Assembly: GCA_977862235.1 (NCBI GenBank)
Contig: OZ374562.1
Coordinates: 2,046,001-2,110,000 of the forward strand
Source: Dudresnaya verticillata
Taxonomy: Eukaryota
Length of the DNA stretch: 64,000 bases
Direction of reading: 5' to 3'
Below the pieces are notes generated by a model. The model did not search any database. It was not told the DNA's origin and saw only the letters and a list, made by a program, of their open reading frames with translations. A program made the position numbers and the translations under genes. Positions 11,696 through 23,816 of the stretch are shown one piece after another (the first letter of the stretch is position 1; each line of letters begins with the position of its first letter).

Positions 11696-14228
11696 CTAAA
11701 CGACGCTAACTACGTCACGTCGCAGACGGTTTTGCTGAGCCCTCCGCACCATCGCCCTCGCCGGAGTCCCTTCATAGAGGTCATATTTCGTCACCGACGG
11801 CACACCCACAGCAGAAACAGGGACGGACCGCAAAGGCACCGCCACCACCACTACTGAAGGAGTAATACGCGCCGCTGACGAAGAGTTCGACTCACCACCC
11901 GCCTTAGGCGGCGAAGCCTCTTTGGCTTTGCCAACCACCGATGGCGTCGAACCAAGTCGGTCATTCGCCCCCGGCGCTGCCACGATAACATCCGCCTTCA
12001 GCGTAGTTGTAGGGACTGTCCCCTTGGACGACGAAGCAACCACAACCGCCTTTGGCGTAGAGTCTAACTCATCACTCGCCTTCAGCGTCGCAACAGAACC
12101 AACCGCCTTCGGCGCAACTGTCGCAACCGTGTTAACTGACGTAGACCCCTCAACGGCCTTTGGCGTCATTGGTTCTATATCCGTCATCGACGCAGGAGCC
12201 ACTGGACCCTCCTCAACCGTCGAAGACGTTGTAGCGACATTTGCTTCGCTCGCCGCTGGCAGTACAGTAGCAATTACGTCTTCGGAGGCTGAACCAGTCG
12301 CCTTAGGCGATGACGACTTTTCGTCTGCACCGTCTTTCGACGCAGAACCTACACCAACCATCGGTACCGGCACCGACGCACCTTGGGGTCGCGACGCAGC
12401 CGCCAGAGACTGGCCCACCCATTCGGTGGGTGAGCCGCTCAAACAGCTAGCAGCGACTCCAGCAGCCCGCAATAACGCGAGCACGGTGCGGTGCTGTTCC
12501 TCGGTCCAGAACGGCATTGAGGGCGCATTCACTGATCCGTCTACGACGATTGATACTCCGCCTTGAGGCGTTACGGTCGTCGGAGCCGACTCGCTTTTGG
12601 CGTCGCCATAACGGCATCGCCAACCTCATCAGCGACGGGAGCCGCAAGGTCCAAGGGTGCAACAGCTGGCAAGCCACCCGGCATCCCAACACCACCGTCA
12701 GACCCTTCGGGCAAACCTGATGGTGGGGCCACAGCCTCGGCAGATGACTCAACCGCCATAGGCGTAACAACAGCCGTCCCAGACGGGTTCCCCGGTTCGC
12801 CATCGGCGTTAAAAGCACCCTCCTCTGCCATCAAGGCACTCAAGTGCGGAGGAAAGTCACCGACGAAGTCGCACCTCTTACGCAAACCACGCGGGTGATT
12901 ACCCGGTGAGCGGTCCGTTTTGAGATGACGCTCCGCAACGTTCTTCGTCGTACGACGCTTAGTCCATGGATTATAATGGATCCAATCGCCACAGGCGCAG
13001 TGAGTACGACTCATCGCGAATCGCGGGCGGTTCACCTTACGGCGGTTGTTCCCTAACGGCACCATCGCTGGGTCGTTCCAATTGACTTCATCCGCTACTG
13101 AGCGCAAATCCCAGAACTCCTGGCTGTTCCTCGACTCGCCAAGTATCTGGGATAGGTCAAGGCCACCAAGAGACACGACTACGCGAGGTGGCAGATAATA
13201 CATGCGAAAGGTGTCATACACCTCCCACATCCATGCGTACGCTACGTTTGCCACCCATTCGGTGTAGAACATCACCCACCGTTTGGCGTACGGGTCCGTC
13301 AGTAACTCCGACCCGAGATACGTGAGACACGGAGGGAGCTCGGCAGCGAAACCTTCGCAAATTTCGAACTCTCGCCACACTGGCGGCACCTTCACGAAGC
13401 AATGAGGCAACTTGCTGCGTTCGATATGATCGACCTGCATATCCTGGTAGGCCACAAAGACGCCCTTTCGGTGACGCGTTTCACACTCCCAACGTATGCA
13501 CCGTTCCCAAAAGAACGTACCCGTTCGGTGTTGGTAACGGAAATCCGCTTTCAAGCGCACTCCCAAGAGGTACGCCTCCTGTATGATACGCGGCTCTGCC
13601 GAGACGCTCAGATGTTTGAGCGATAACGTCCCTAGACGATTCCCATATTCGATCTCGCCATTGGTTCGGTATTGCCAAGCGTCAAACTCAAAGATGGCTG
13701 ACGTTAACGTCGAGCACGGATAACGCGTGGAGCGACGATAGACGTCTGCGACGAACTTGGCGTGAACGCCCCCACGCGATTGCCCTGCGCAAACCCACAG
13801 CCACTCGGGCGGCACTGCGCAGCGCAACTTCCAATCCATCGTCCAGAAGACGGCAAGGGGGAGTCCCCCTGGGAAAAATCCGCTGGTAGCGTAATGAGCA
13901 ATGAGCTCCTCATTGCGCAAGGCCTCCTGGTCAAACCAGGGGGCCTGCGCGAAGATGTCCCCGTGATCCTGCGAGTTCTTCCCGACAAAGTCGTGCGGCG
14001 ACAAGTATACCGGCGCGGCCGAGGGCGCCGCGACCTGAACACCATTGAACATCGGCATATCGTCAGCGACGCAATTTCGTTCACGCCACTGGCGCTTAAG
14101 GTCAAACAAACGTCAACGACGACTCTTGCCCAACGCCACAGGCGGTTATACTTTTTGATTACGTTAAGGACGCCTTTTGTTCCGCGCCACAGGCGACTAC
14201 GATGAGCTGCGTCACAGACGGGAAACAC
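11696..14228 (-). pseudogene. Antisense accessory ORF of element A (unknown protein, roughly 800 aa if frameshifts are repaired)
   Basis: 512-aa ORF 12571-14109 with globular, Trp/Tyr-rich composition; apparent frameshifts near 14107 and 12595 join it to the 14228 frame and to ORF 11696-12532. Confidence 0.8.
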
Positions 14229-14501
14229 TTGCGCCTTGGGCGATGAGATTCACAGAACTCGTCTACGACGATGCAACTTACACGCCCCAGGCGACGAATT
14301 GGATGTGGCGTCGTTGATGGGATTCGCAATTCCCTAGCGGCGATGATGCACGGTGAAGAGAGAGCTCGCCGGACGCAACGCGCAGTACGCGAAGTTAGCA
14401 CGGCACAGCCGGAACGCAGGAACGCACGAACGACGAAGTGGGATCCGCAGAGAAACGCAAGCGGCAAGTCGCGTCGAGCGGCGGACGTGTTCGCGTTTTG
14501 C

Positions 14502-14508
14502 GAGGGGG
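14502..14508 (+). promoter_or_regulatory. Polypurine tract of element A
   Basis: GAGGGGG 3 nt before the 3' LTR. Confidence 0.6.
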
Positions 14509-14511
14509 TCG

Positions 14512-15377
14512 TGTGGTGCAACGGGAGGGCTGCCCCTTTTTCGCTTTGAGCGTATTATATGCCAACGTCTACCGACGGCACTTCAACCGCCGTTGGCGCG
14601 CGAACACGTCATGGACGATTGGCTCACGGGCATACGGCCGCCGATACCCCGCGCGGCGCGGTGCGCGCGCGCACTGTACGGGCAGATCCGGATGTATCAT
14701 CCCGATCGACAAGGCGCAAGGCGCACGCCTGTAAGCGTGGCCCGGATCTGGATCGGATCCGGATGGGGACATCGGGATGCGACATCGGGATCCACAGTGA
14801 TGTAAGGAGCGCGCCCGTAATGGCCGCGCGCCAGCAATGCTGGCGGGGATCTGGATCCGAATCCGGATCGCCCGCACTTCTACACGCATGCGCCTGTAAG
14901 TCACCCATTACTCGCACGCACGCCTGTAAGCTACTCCCGAGCTCCCGCGCACGCGGCTGCATGGCGACGACGACGTGTCAGACACTCGACGGCGCGACAC
15001 GCGTCCTGAGTTCCCGCGCACCGCGCCCGCCGCCGTCGCCCACGTAGTATATGAGGTAATCCGTCTGAGACGCTGAGTAAACCCCGGACAAGCCGGCCTT
15101 GGTACAGACTTCCCCATTCCGCACGCGCGTACCCTGCCGCTGCCTACGGCCTAAGCGTCTACCTCCCGTGCTTCCACGTCCCTCACCGTCCTTGACGTGT
15201 TTCCTTTTTGTTCCCTTTTTCCTTCCTTTCCGCCTCGGGCGTCTACAGTCCGCCCAAGGCGTGTCCACTGCTCTACCACAAGCCGCCCAAGGCGAGGCTA
15301 CTCACCGCCACGGGCGTAGCTACCCACCGAGCCCCGAACTGCTCGGCGGTGTTCCGTCTTCAGACGTTTGCACCACA
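14512..15377 (+). repeat. 3' LTR of element A
   Basis: TGTGGTGCAA...TTGCACCACA followed by TSD ACCAA. Confidence 0.97.
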
Positions 15378-15452
15378 ACCAATACGGAGTTGTCACAAAG
15401 CTGATCTCCTACCGAAGCGGAGTCCAACGGAGATTCTTCTACCTTGACGGTT

Positions 15453-15470
15453 TTTTAGGTCGGGAGACCA
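15453..15470 (-). promoter_or_regulatory. PBS of element B, tRNA-Tyr-like
   Basis: Minus strand reads TGGTCTCCCGACCTAAAA, near-identical to the PBS of A and C. Confidence 0.8.
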
Positions 15471-16034
15471 AAAAGATGTGGTGTAGTGAAAGGCACACCT
15501 GTAAGGAGAGCTGATCAGGCAATCTCAATACGGAGTGATCTCACACGGCACCGGGGTGGTAGAGCTTAGTTCGTAGACCGAAGGGAGTACCTCGAGCGGC
15601 AACACCTGTAAGGAGTAAAGGGACGCAACAGACAAGGGGGACGGTACAGTGCCAGGGCAGCTACACCGGGACGGAGGGAAGAGGAATCCGTGCACGGGGC
15701 TGGCGAGGGGAAACTGTGAAGGAGTATGAGGGTAAGGCTTAGGGCAAGTCACTTTGCCCAGGGTTGCGTACAGTCAAAGCCCTCTAGGAGGAACCACTCC
15801 GTGGAATGGGGTAAGTTCCACTTATCGAGAGGTTTCAGTTGGAGGGAGGCATACAGTACACGTGTCTCACATTTATTTGAAGAATTGATCAACGCGGGTT
15901 TGTCGCATGCGCAGTCCTTTCTCGACACGTAGCTCGCCCTGTAGATTCCTCAGACTTCTGAACAACTTGTTATCTTCCCGTTGACGAGCACCGACAATGT
16001 ACTTCACACGAGCGATGGCAGCCAATTGCTCCTG

Positions 16035-18096
16035 TCATGAACCAAGACGGGTAGGCTCGGTTGGTTCCTCAACGCTGATCTCATCGGTAGCACGTCCCTC
16101 CCGAACCCCTGCATTGACCACTGCGTCCACCATGCCCGTCTCCGTTGTAATCTGTGTGACCTCCATCTCGTCTTCCCAGCACAAATTGTGGTGCAGATCC
16201 ACTGCTGAAAACAACAACAGAGGACACACCTCGGGCGTTCGGGACCCGCGGGTAGCGGTAGTAGGGGGTGGTTTGGTAGAGCGTGGGGAGTAGCCCCGTA
16301 GCGCGACTGTAAAACGCCACGAGACGAAAGAAAAAGGGAGGAACCCTAAAATAGCGGAAAAGCAAAGGGAAAAGGGAAAGGGTTCTGTATGATGAAGAAG
16401 GGGTACGCACGCACTGGAGTCCCTCCTGACGACGAAGGTGTCGGTCAAGGGTAGGGAGGTGTGTTTCGTAGAGCCCGAGCTTGGCTTGTTTACTGAATGA
16501 GGGCGCGCCGCTAGCTCTAATATACTATGTACACGCGGGTGCGCCGCAAATGAAGTGAGGAAGGGAGCGTGCCATTTGGTGATTCGTGACACGCGGAAAG
16601 GGATTAACTAAAATTAACTAAAATTAAGGGTGGCTGACAGTGCATACAGAAGCGAAGATCCGCCACCATAATCCGCCACCCGTTGCCGCCGGCGAGCAGG
16701 ACTTACAGGCCGGGCGCCTTACAGGGGCAGTCCCCAAGTGCATTGCTGGCGGGGAGTCCGCTATTTAAGGCAAATGAGCACCGGTGAATTGCACCACACA
16801 ACTTTTCCGATATAGGAATGCGCCTGTGCTCGGGCACTACGGAAGAAATTAAAGAATTAACATCCTCCGCCTCGAAGTTCGGCTCTTCTGTGCACTGTAC
16901 AGTTCCCTCCATTGTGCTAGTTACATTCGATCCCATCAAACCAGTTGTACGCCAACAATTCGAAATTGTTCGGCCGTGATTTCCTTCCATACATCCGTAA
17001 GCCACCTCATTGCAGAAAGTATGCCCACTTTGTAATTTTCCCCAGCCCCGATGTCTGCTAAATCTACGGCGTATTCCATTTGACGCCGTCTATAGCGGAG
17101 TTTCATTGCCGCAATAATTCCGGCGTCGAGAGGCTGCAGTCGACTTGTTGTGTTGGGAGGAAGGAATTGCACAGAAACGTTCTGTAGTGGCGGCAGAGAA
17201 TCAATGGAACCATGAGCAGAGCAATTGTCCATCAAGAGCAGGACGTGTCTACTCGGAGTTTTTCGAACGAAGGCGTCAAATGCGAACAACCGATCAGTAA
17301 AAAGCAGAGATGTCATCCATGCCTTCTTGTTGCTCTTGTAGCTCAGGCCCAACTCTTCTCGTTTCTTCTTTTTGAAACATCTCGGTGACGTTGCAGTACC
17401 AATGAAAAACAATGGCACCTTTTCTGAGCCATCTGCGTTACAGCAGCACATAAACGTGAACCTAGACTTTTGCTTCTTGCAGCCAGAGAAAGAGCAGTTG
17501 GCTATGGTTCTGTCTGGTGCAATTTTCCAAAACAATCCCGACTCATCGCAGTTGAATACATATTTTGGACTGTATTGTCTGACTTTGTCCTGCAGTGATC
17601 GGAGGTCTCTCGATACCGTGTCCTCGGGTACGTCACCACTTTCGCCATGCAGACGAAAAGAACGTAGCTTCCAACGTTGTTTAAAGCGTGCTATCCATCC
17701 ATCAGAGAACGTCAGCTTTATCTTCTGGCCTTCTGTGAGTTGTTCATTTGCCAAAGAAGCTAAACGCCGCGCTTTCTCCTGAATCATCACACCCGAAATG
17801 CAGCGCCTTTTGTGACTCATGTGACAAATCCAGGCATAGATGGAGTTGTCAAGCTCTGTATGTCGTGGGCGAGAGCAACGGAACATATTTTCTGAAGTCG
17901 ATTCGGTGTCTTGCGGGGCAGAGGCGTTGATAATCCGTGACATAATGGGTTTCCCCGGCAATTTCCGCAGCCCGTACTGGACTTGCGCCCACTCCGCCAG
18001 GGCCGCATGTGTTGCTTTGCGGCCATCACTCAGGCGAGCGTTACGTTCCTTCACAATGCCGCGCTTTTGCGCTAGGGACAGACTTTGAAGTGGCAT
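16035..18096 (-). pseudogene. pogo-like transposase (CENP-B-type HTH plus DDE_1); frameshift near 16980 and a solo-LTR insertion in the C-terminus
   Basis: ORF 16936-18096 has FSDGWIARFKQR, FNCDESGLFW, MDNCSAH, LQPLDAGII; continues TISNCWRTTGL...ISEKL|CWEDEMEV across the insertion. Confidence 0.92.
16187..16798 (-). repeat. Solo LTR inside the pogo-like transposase
   Basis: TGTGGTGCA...TTGCACCACA; TSD CAAAT/CAACT (1 mismatch); removal rejoins the transposase tail. Confidence 0.85.
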
Positions 18097-20865
18097 GGAG
18101 GCCTCGGTTGATTATGGCGACGAGGATCGCTCGCAAGGAATGGGAGAAGTAAAGCATGGGGACACTTTGCTTTGAGGCTCTATCCATTGTGGGATTTTAT
18201 CACAAGCAGCCCTCATGAACATAACCGTCAAGCAGGACCAACTTGGTCCGTTACGACACTTCATTGTGTTGCGTTGCACCAACTTAGCCCGTTGCGATAC
18301 TTCGTTGTGTTCCGTTGAATGCAAGACAACGAAGTGTCGTAAGACGTTACGACGCAACACAACGACGTGCCGTGAGACGTTACGACGCAGCACATCTTAG
18401 TGTCGTAATATCTCTGAAGGCTGCTTACAGTCTAAGAAAAGACTTTTATGTGTAATGTATGAGTATTTAGACTGAACTGAAGTCACCAAAACATGGTCCC
18501 AGTTAAGCGGAAATGGAACTTTCTTCTCTTTTAATTAAAATTTCGCATCCACGACCATGGTGGATTGGAATTGGTTCCAGTTACACGTAGGTTCCACTTG
18601 CAGCGGGTTCCACTTAGAGGGCTTTGAATGTACCCGTTTACTGTAGGACTCGCGGTGGCCACCCATTAATATACTGGGAGATACGCCCCGCGGTCCGGTC
18701 CGTGTCGGCCAGACCCCAATGGGTCTGGTCCACCAGGTGGGTCCGGCCCTACTGGTCGCGGTCACCGTTGCGGACATGCTCGGCATTCTCATTGGCCGGC
18801 TGACACTACGTACTGTACAGCATCATTACAATTACCTAATTACAAATAAATCAACTACTTGGCTCCTATTGGTGGTGCGCGCAGACTCCAGCAAGGTGTA
18901 CAGTGCTACTGTGTCGCTGCACTCCCGTTCGGTTTTTGGCGCCAGCTCACCTGTGCGCCGGTCGCGAGTCGGCTCAGCCGTCGTCGGCACTCCACAACGG
19001 CCGCTTCACCACACTGGCCCACGAGTTGTATACGCAGAAACAACGAAAAAATAAACATTTTAGCGATATGGGAACACAGTAGCGTACTGTAATTGGTATT
19101 CCATTGCGGCGCACGCTATGAAGGAAGGGGCTTCGGATTCGGTGCTTTTCGAAAATCACGGAGACACGATACGAACTGCGATTGGTGAGGTTCGGATCCC
19201 ATGTTATGCCATGGTTTGTCTCGTACCCTGCGAGCCTCCCCATCTCTTACAAAATTCTTCGACTGAACCAATGTATTGTTTTTATCTCCTGGAGGTTTCC
19301 CTAGTACTCCTCCTTGTTTACTCGGACCAGATGGGCATTCATCGATATCCTTTCCCGGCCCCCAGTACGTGAATGACACCAGTTTATGAATCATAGACAA
19401 AGGCTTCAAAGAACTAGACAACTGTGTTCCTTCATGAGCAGTGTGCATCAGAGCACAGAAGCATCAAAATGGGCTGGTCCACAGTGAGTGCACAGAAAAC
19501 TCCGGAAAGACTGATGCTATGCAGTTCCTGGGTCCTAACGTTAAAACACTTATTTCTCCTGGGGAAGGCCATTTTCTACGAGATAAACTGAAATGTAGAC
19601 TGCTGTTTTCTTCTCTATTCTTTTTTCAAACTCCTATAGACGCAAGACATGATATTCTTGGATAGACCCGAGAACAAATGGTCTGGAGTGATTATGTTCG
19701 ACCTGTAAGTATAAAAAGGACTCAGAACTACGGGATATCCACTTCGAGATAGCGGTATTGTAGCCCTTGTTTCTGACAGCTTACGGTGAAAGTGTGTTAA
19801 AGCACAATTGCACCTAGAAGCTCGATAATTTAGTTCTAACCGATTTTATTGCATTCGTGTCTGCAATACCAATACTTCTTACGGCAAAATGGCGTTCTCC
19901 ATTTCGTTGAAAAGTAATATTGTTGGCGTTTACGTCCGTACTATATCCATAACAAGAAACTTTGTTTGCTCTCAACTTAATCTGCTGAGGGAACATAACG
20001 AGCATTGATCACTACCTTTATGCCCAATGAGGTGAGCCATAGGACTAGCAGCAGGATATTCTGCGATAAATATCACAACGTCTGTAAAAATCAGGAAAGT
20101 TGTTCCTTCTGGGGTAGAGCCCATTAGACTATCGCAACATCTCGTCACTAAGTCTTCACCAATTATTTATCTGATCTTATTTGTAGAAACATCAGTAACG
20201 GTTAACGAAATTATCTGTACGGAGGATGGCCTTCGGCGAGCTTTACGGGGAAGGCTCATTGCTAGCAAATGGCAACCCCGGCCGTGCCACTTGAACTCAG
20301 CTGTGCAGACGTTCTAATCTAATTACAGTACAGAAAGCTTCCGATGCAAGACATCTGGGCGTCTATCCGCAAGTGTCCCGCAAGGGCAATATCGAATAGT
20401 TCTTCTGATATCAATGGAAATAATCTCTTCGCCTCGCTCGTTTAGTACTGAGATATTCTGGACAACAGGCATATTATTTGTCACAGGAACGGTTTATATT
20501 CCTGCTGGTGGCTTTTCATGATGTGTCCCACCTTTTCGGTTAGGGAGAATCCATAGCATCCCAGTAGACGGAATTCCTTCTGCATACCGCCAGAAACAAT
20601 GAGGGCTATCAGTTCTGAGGGGGTTCGATTCGGGGATTCTCTATGGACACGAGTCAGTAAGGTAGATATGTCTCCAGGACGTGTGCTGATGATTTTAAGT
20701 GCACAGTGCCATCCTTTAGCACCTTTCTGGTTCTTTCCCTTCGTCCACGAAATGGATTTCCCGCCTGAAACGGAGGCGGGAAACTCTTTTCCGAAACTAG
20801 AATCAAAGCATCCCCTGGAACAAGAAACGGAAGAACCAATAGAAGATCGCTGTTTTGAGCCCTCT

Positions 20866-21470
20866 TGTGGTATAGATGTAAGACCAGCTGTGCCACGCCC
20901 GCGCAGCTGCAAGACCAGCTGCGCCACGGGTGCACCGCTGTGCGCACGCTGTCAGCCGGTGGCGCCGAAGCCCCGCTGAAATGTAAGGAATTGCGCTGTG
21001 GCGTCCCGCGTGCGCGTGTACGCATGTGACACTGACACTCCCGTGTACCTTGTACTTTTATTTTTGCGTGTAATGTGTAGTCTAAATTAAGCGGCGGTCG
21101 AACGCCTTGCTGTCCTACGCGCCGTCCCGCACACGGCGCACGGAGCACGCGCACTCCGGTATCGAGCTGTTGGGTGCGCGGCGGACCGTTACGTCCGCGC
21201 GTGCCCCCGGGTAACCGTTACCCGTACGTGTGGACACGTGTCGGTGCACGCCGGTGCACCTCCTGTGTGTAGTGCCGCCGCGTACTGTAGCTAGTCTATT
21301 TAATGTAAGTCGACAGGCATGGCTAAGTAAACACAACAAGCAACCAGCCTGCGCTGGTGATGGCCCCTTGTTCTTTGGGTTTCTATCCCATTCTTTCTCC
21401 CTACGGCGTTTCCCTTTCCCTTAGCCGTTTAGGCGCCCCCTTTCCTTTCCGACCGTTTGCTTTGCTTCCC
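20866..21470 (+). repeat. Family-X LTR, 3' truncated or diverged
   Basis: TGTGGTATAG start; clear similarity to 23817-24633 and 40802-41636; preceded by CCTCT. Confidence 0.85.
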
Positions 21471-23099
21471 CGCCTCGCTATGCCTCATGGTCATTGGTGG
21501 TTTACATCTTTTTGTGGAGTACAAAGCGGGGCATTACGAACGACAACCCTGTTGCGCGGTCAAGACCGGCGGTTCCCAATGCTCATGGTAGGGGCCCAAG
21601 AGACCAGCTTTTCATTGCGCAAGAGGCGGAAACGGTTCTACTTATATGAGAAGTTCCCAAACATTGCCCAGGAGAGGCCATTAGTCGGGCCATGGTGTGC
21701 ACGGGGCACACGTGCCATGATGTGATCAAAGAAAAATCAAAGAAAGATGTGATGAGGGCGTTGAAGCCGAGTGGGCCATTTCATCGCCTCGCAGAATGCA
21801 GGTCTCGGGTTCGAGTCTGCAAAATGACAACAGCATTTTATAATCTGGCGGTGAGGAGGGTTCTGAGGCTTTATCCATATGCACCGCCAGCAATGACCCG
21901 AGACGGGTAATTGTCCTGAGGTTACTTACGGGATTGTACTGTAAGAGAGTAATCTCCCGAGGTCACACCCTGGAAATATCAGAGCTACTACGAGTAGGTA
22001 GTTGAGTCAAGGTGGAGGCCGAGAGGGCCGACCCAGGGATGCAGAAGCATCGAAAGAGTATCTCGTTTCATCCCAGCTGGGCCGCTCGATGGATCTATGT
22101 CACGGAAGCTTTCGTTTCAGTGGCCACGCGTCACGCCAGCGCGGCCAGTCCACGAACACGCGGCGTTGATTGCTGTCTCAACAACTGTTCAACGGTGATG
22201 ATATCAACCATTACTTGGCGCGCAGCTTAAAACTCCCCGTGGTCACAGCACGAAATGGAGCAGCTACAGCTTCATTCAAAGCTGTAGAGCATCTGGTCTA
22301 CTACGTTAGCGGGTAATCCGTGCCCGGCTGAATTGAATGGCGACCGAAGCATCTGTGAGAAAGCATCTTCTTCCCGGGCTTTGTTCATGAATCATATCGA
22401 ATGGCCTCACAGAGGTCTGACGCCTATTGTTGCAGGGACTTCTAATTCCGAAGAGATTAAGTGCCAGGACGATATTCCAGATGTTATACTGAGGATCAAC
22501 GGTCCGACATATCTAGAGGACGGATTGTTAGAGAGCTCCGCGGAACCGTGTGGGGTGCCTTGTGAGGCAGATCTGAAGGTCCAGCTTTCTGAAAGCTCCG
22601 AGTCTGTAGCTTTCTCGGTACCGGCTTCTCATGAGCAACAAACAGGAAGCAATGACACAGCACATCATGATGTAGAGTTTGACGATGTTTTTCTGCGGCC
22701 CAAGATTTCCTTCCCCAACAGTAACATATCTCCCCAGAATGCGCTTCCACCTGTTGAGTTGTGAAGGGAAACGCCGCAGCAGCTGTGTTTTGTTTCTACC
22801 AGGGATTCGGTGACACGCAAGAATGTCTTTAGACTTCTGCACCCGAACTAACTCAGTCCTTCACATCGCTTTCAAGAGTAGGACAAAATGTTCTCCAACA
22901 CTTCCAAGGTAACTGTTTGACGCCTGGAGAATCGGCAACCTTGCTTGAGCAGCTTCATGACATTCAATGGGAAAATACCGAATTTCTCAAGCCTGTGTCG
23001 CACGCGTTTCGAAGTACCGAAATCTTCATAAACTTACCTTGACCATCTGATGAATGCCCATGTAAGACAAGAAGGGTGGGTTGTGGCTGTGAAAAATTC

Positions 23100-23780
23100 T
23101 ATGTTTGGCACAAATAAGACAGGTGTTTTCCGATCGGTTGCAGCCCTCTGATTGGCCATATCAAGAATTCCGGTGGTATCAGTGGGATTATTCGTTGCAA
23201 GGAAGAGAACGTGGTATGGAAAAGTGTATTCTCCGCGCCTTGAAGTTCTAAAGGAATGGAATAGTACCAAAATACCATCGATCAGCTGAAACGGACTTCA
23301 AACACACGTATCGTTTTCCTGTTGACACAAGCAGTGAAGGGACGGCGCTGAATACGTCAGGCACCCAGAGTACCAACAGAATCCATGTTAGATTTCGGAC
23401 AGTGCGCGGATTTACGGATGAGAGGGTATAGTTTGCTGTGGTTCCAACGGTTGGTTGTTCCAGACGCGAAAGACAGCTCAGCGGAAGCACTAAGACGAGA
23501 GAAGTTAGAACTGTGGCACCGCGTTTGGTTTTTTGCGTTCAAAGACCTTCTCCGTCAGTCACATGTAGGCCTTGAATTGGGAGGAGCCATCTTGTATCCA
23601 CGACTTGGAACTAATGGATTGGTCCAGGTCCAGGAGCGGCCCTCAGTGGGTTTAAAAGGCAATGATAGATTCTACGATTGTACGAAGTGCTTGATGCCGT
23701 CAAGGCTTCGCGAGCGATCCCGGGAGGAGCAAGCCCCACAGGTGTACCCGTAGGTTGAGCTGAAAAGAGCTAGGAGTGCT
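23100..23780 (+). pseudogene. Plavaka-like (CACTA-related) transposase fragment
   Basis: KLELWHRVWFFAFKDLL...G...ILYPRL...GLKG...YDCTKCLMP pattern recalls the Plavaka family; recognised by eye, heavily decayed. Confidence 0.5.
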
Positions 23781-23816
23781 GCAACTGAATCAAACAACAT
23801 TGAAAGCTCGGATTAT

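Larger units (their letters stand above)
1985..15377 (+). mobile_element. Full-length chromodomain Ty3/Gypsy LTR retrotransposon A (13.4 kb) with an extra antisense ORF
   Basis: Two near-identical LTRs with TG...CA termini; perfect 5-bp TSD ACCAA (1980-1984, 15378-15382); PBS, PPT and gag-PR-RT-RH-IN-chromo order. Confidence 0.97.
15771..18630 (-). mobile_element. pogo/Tigger-like Tc1/mariner DNA transposon
   Basis: TIRs CAGTCAAAGCCCTCTAGGAGGAACC and reverse complement CATTCAAAGCCCTCTAAGTGGAACC (22/25); TA duplication at 15769-70 and 18631-32. Confidence 0.93.
1..19013 (-). mobile_element. Ty3/Gypsy LTR retrotransposon B, 5' part only (5' LTR, PBS, gag); interrupted by element A and a pogo-like element
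   Basis: Minus-strand gag at 1-1914; PBS at 15453-15470; LTR termini TGTGGTGAA (19013) ... TTCACTACA (15482) on the minus strand; leader is continuous once A is removed at the ACCAA TSD. Confidence 0.75.
15482..19013 (-). repeat. 5' LTR of element B (about 670 bp, split by the pogo-like insertion)
   Basis: Inverted termini TGTAGTGAA / TTCACCACA next to the PBS; the left boundary could be 15477. Confidence 0.6.

Noticed and set aside
14235..14281. Possible 47-nt GTAAGT...AG intron in the A antisense gene
   Set aside because: It would join open frames, but there is no upstream ATG or clear branch point; needs transcript data
16033..16639. TGTCA...TGACA as an inserted element
   Set aside because: No TSD; the 16187-16798 boundaries explain the transposase break better
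19014..20860. Possible host gene in non-repetitive DNA (also 24640-25300)
   Set aside because: Only short ORFs with no recognisable domain; a spliced or decayed gene cannot be excluded
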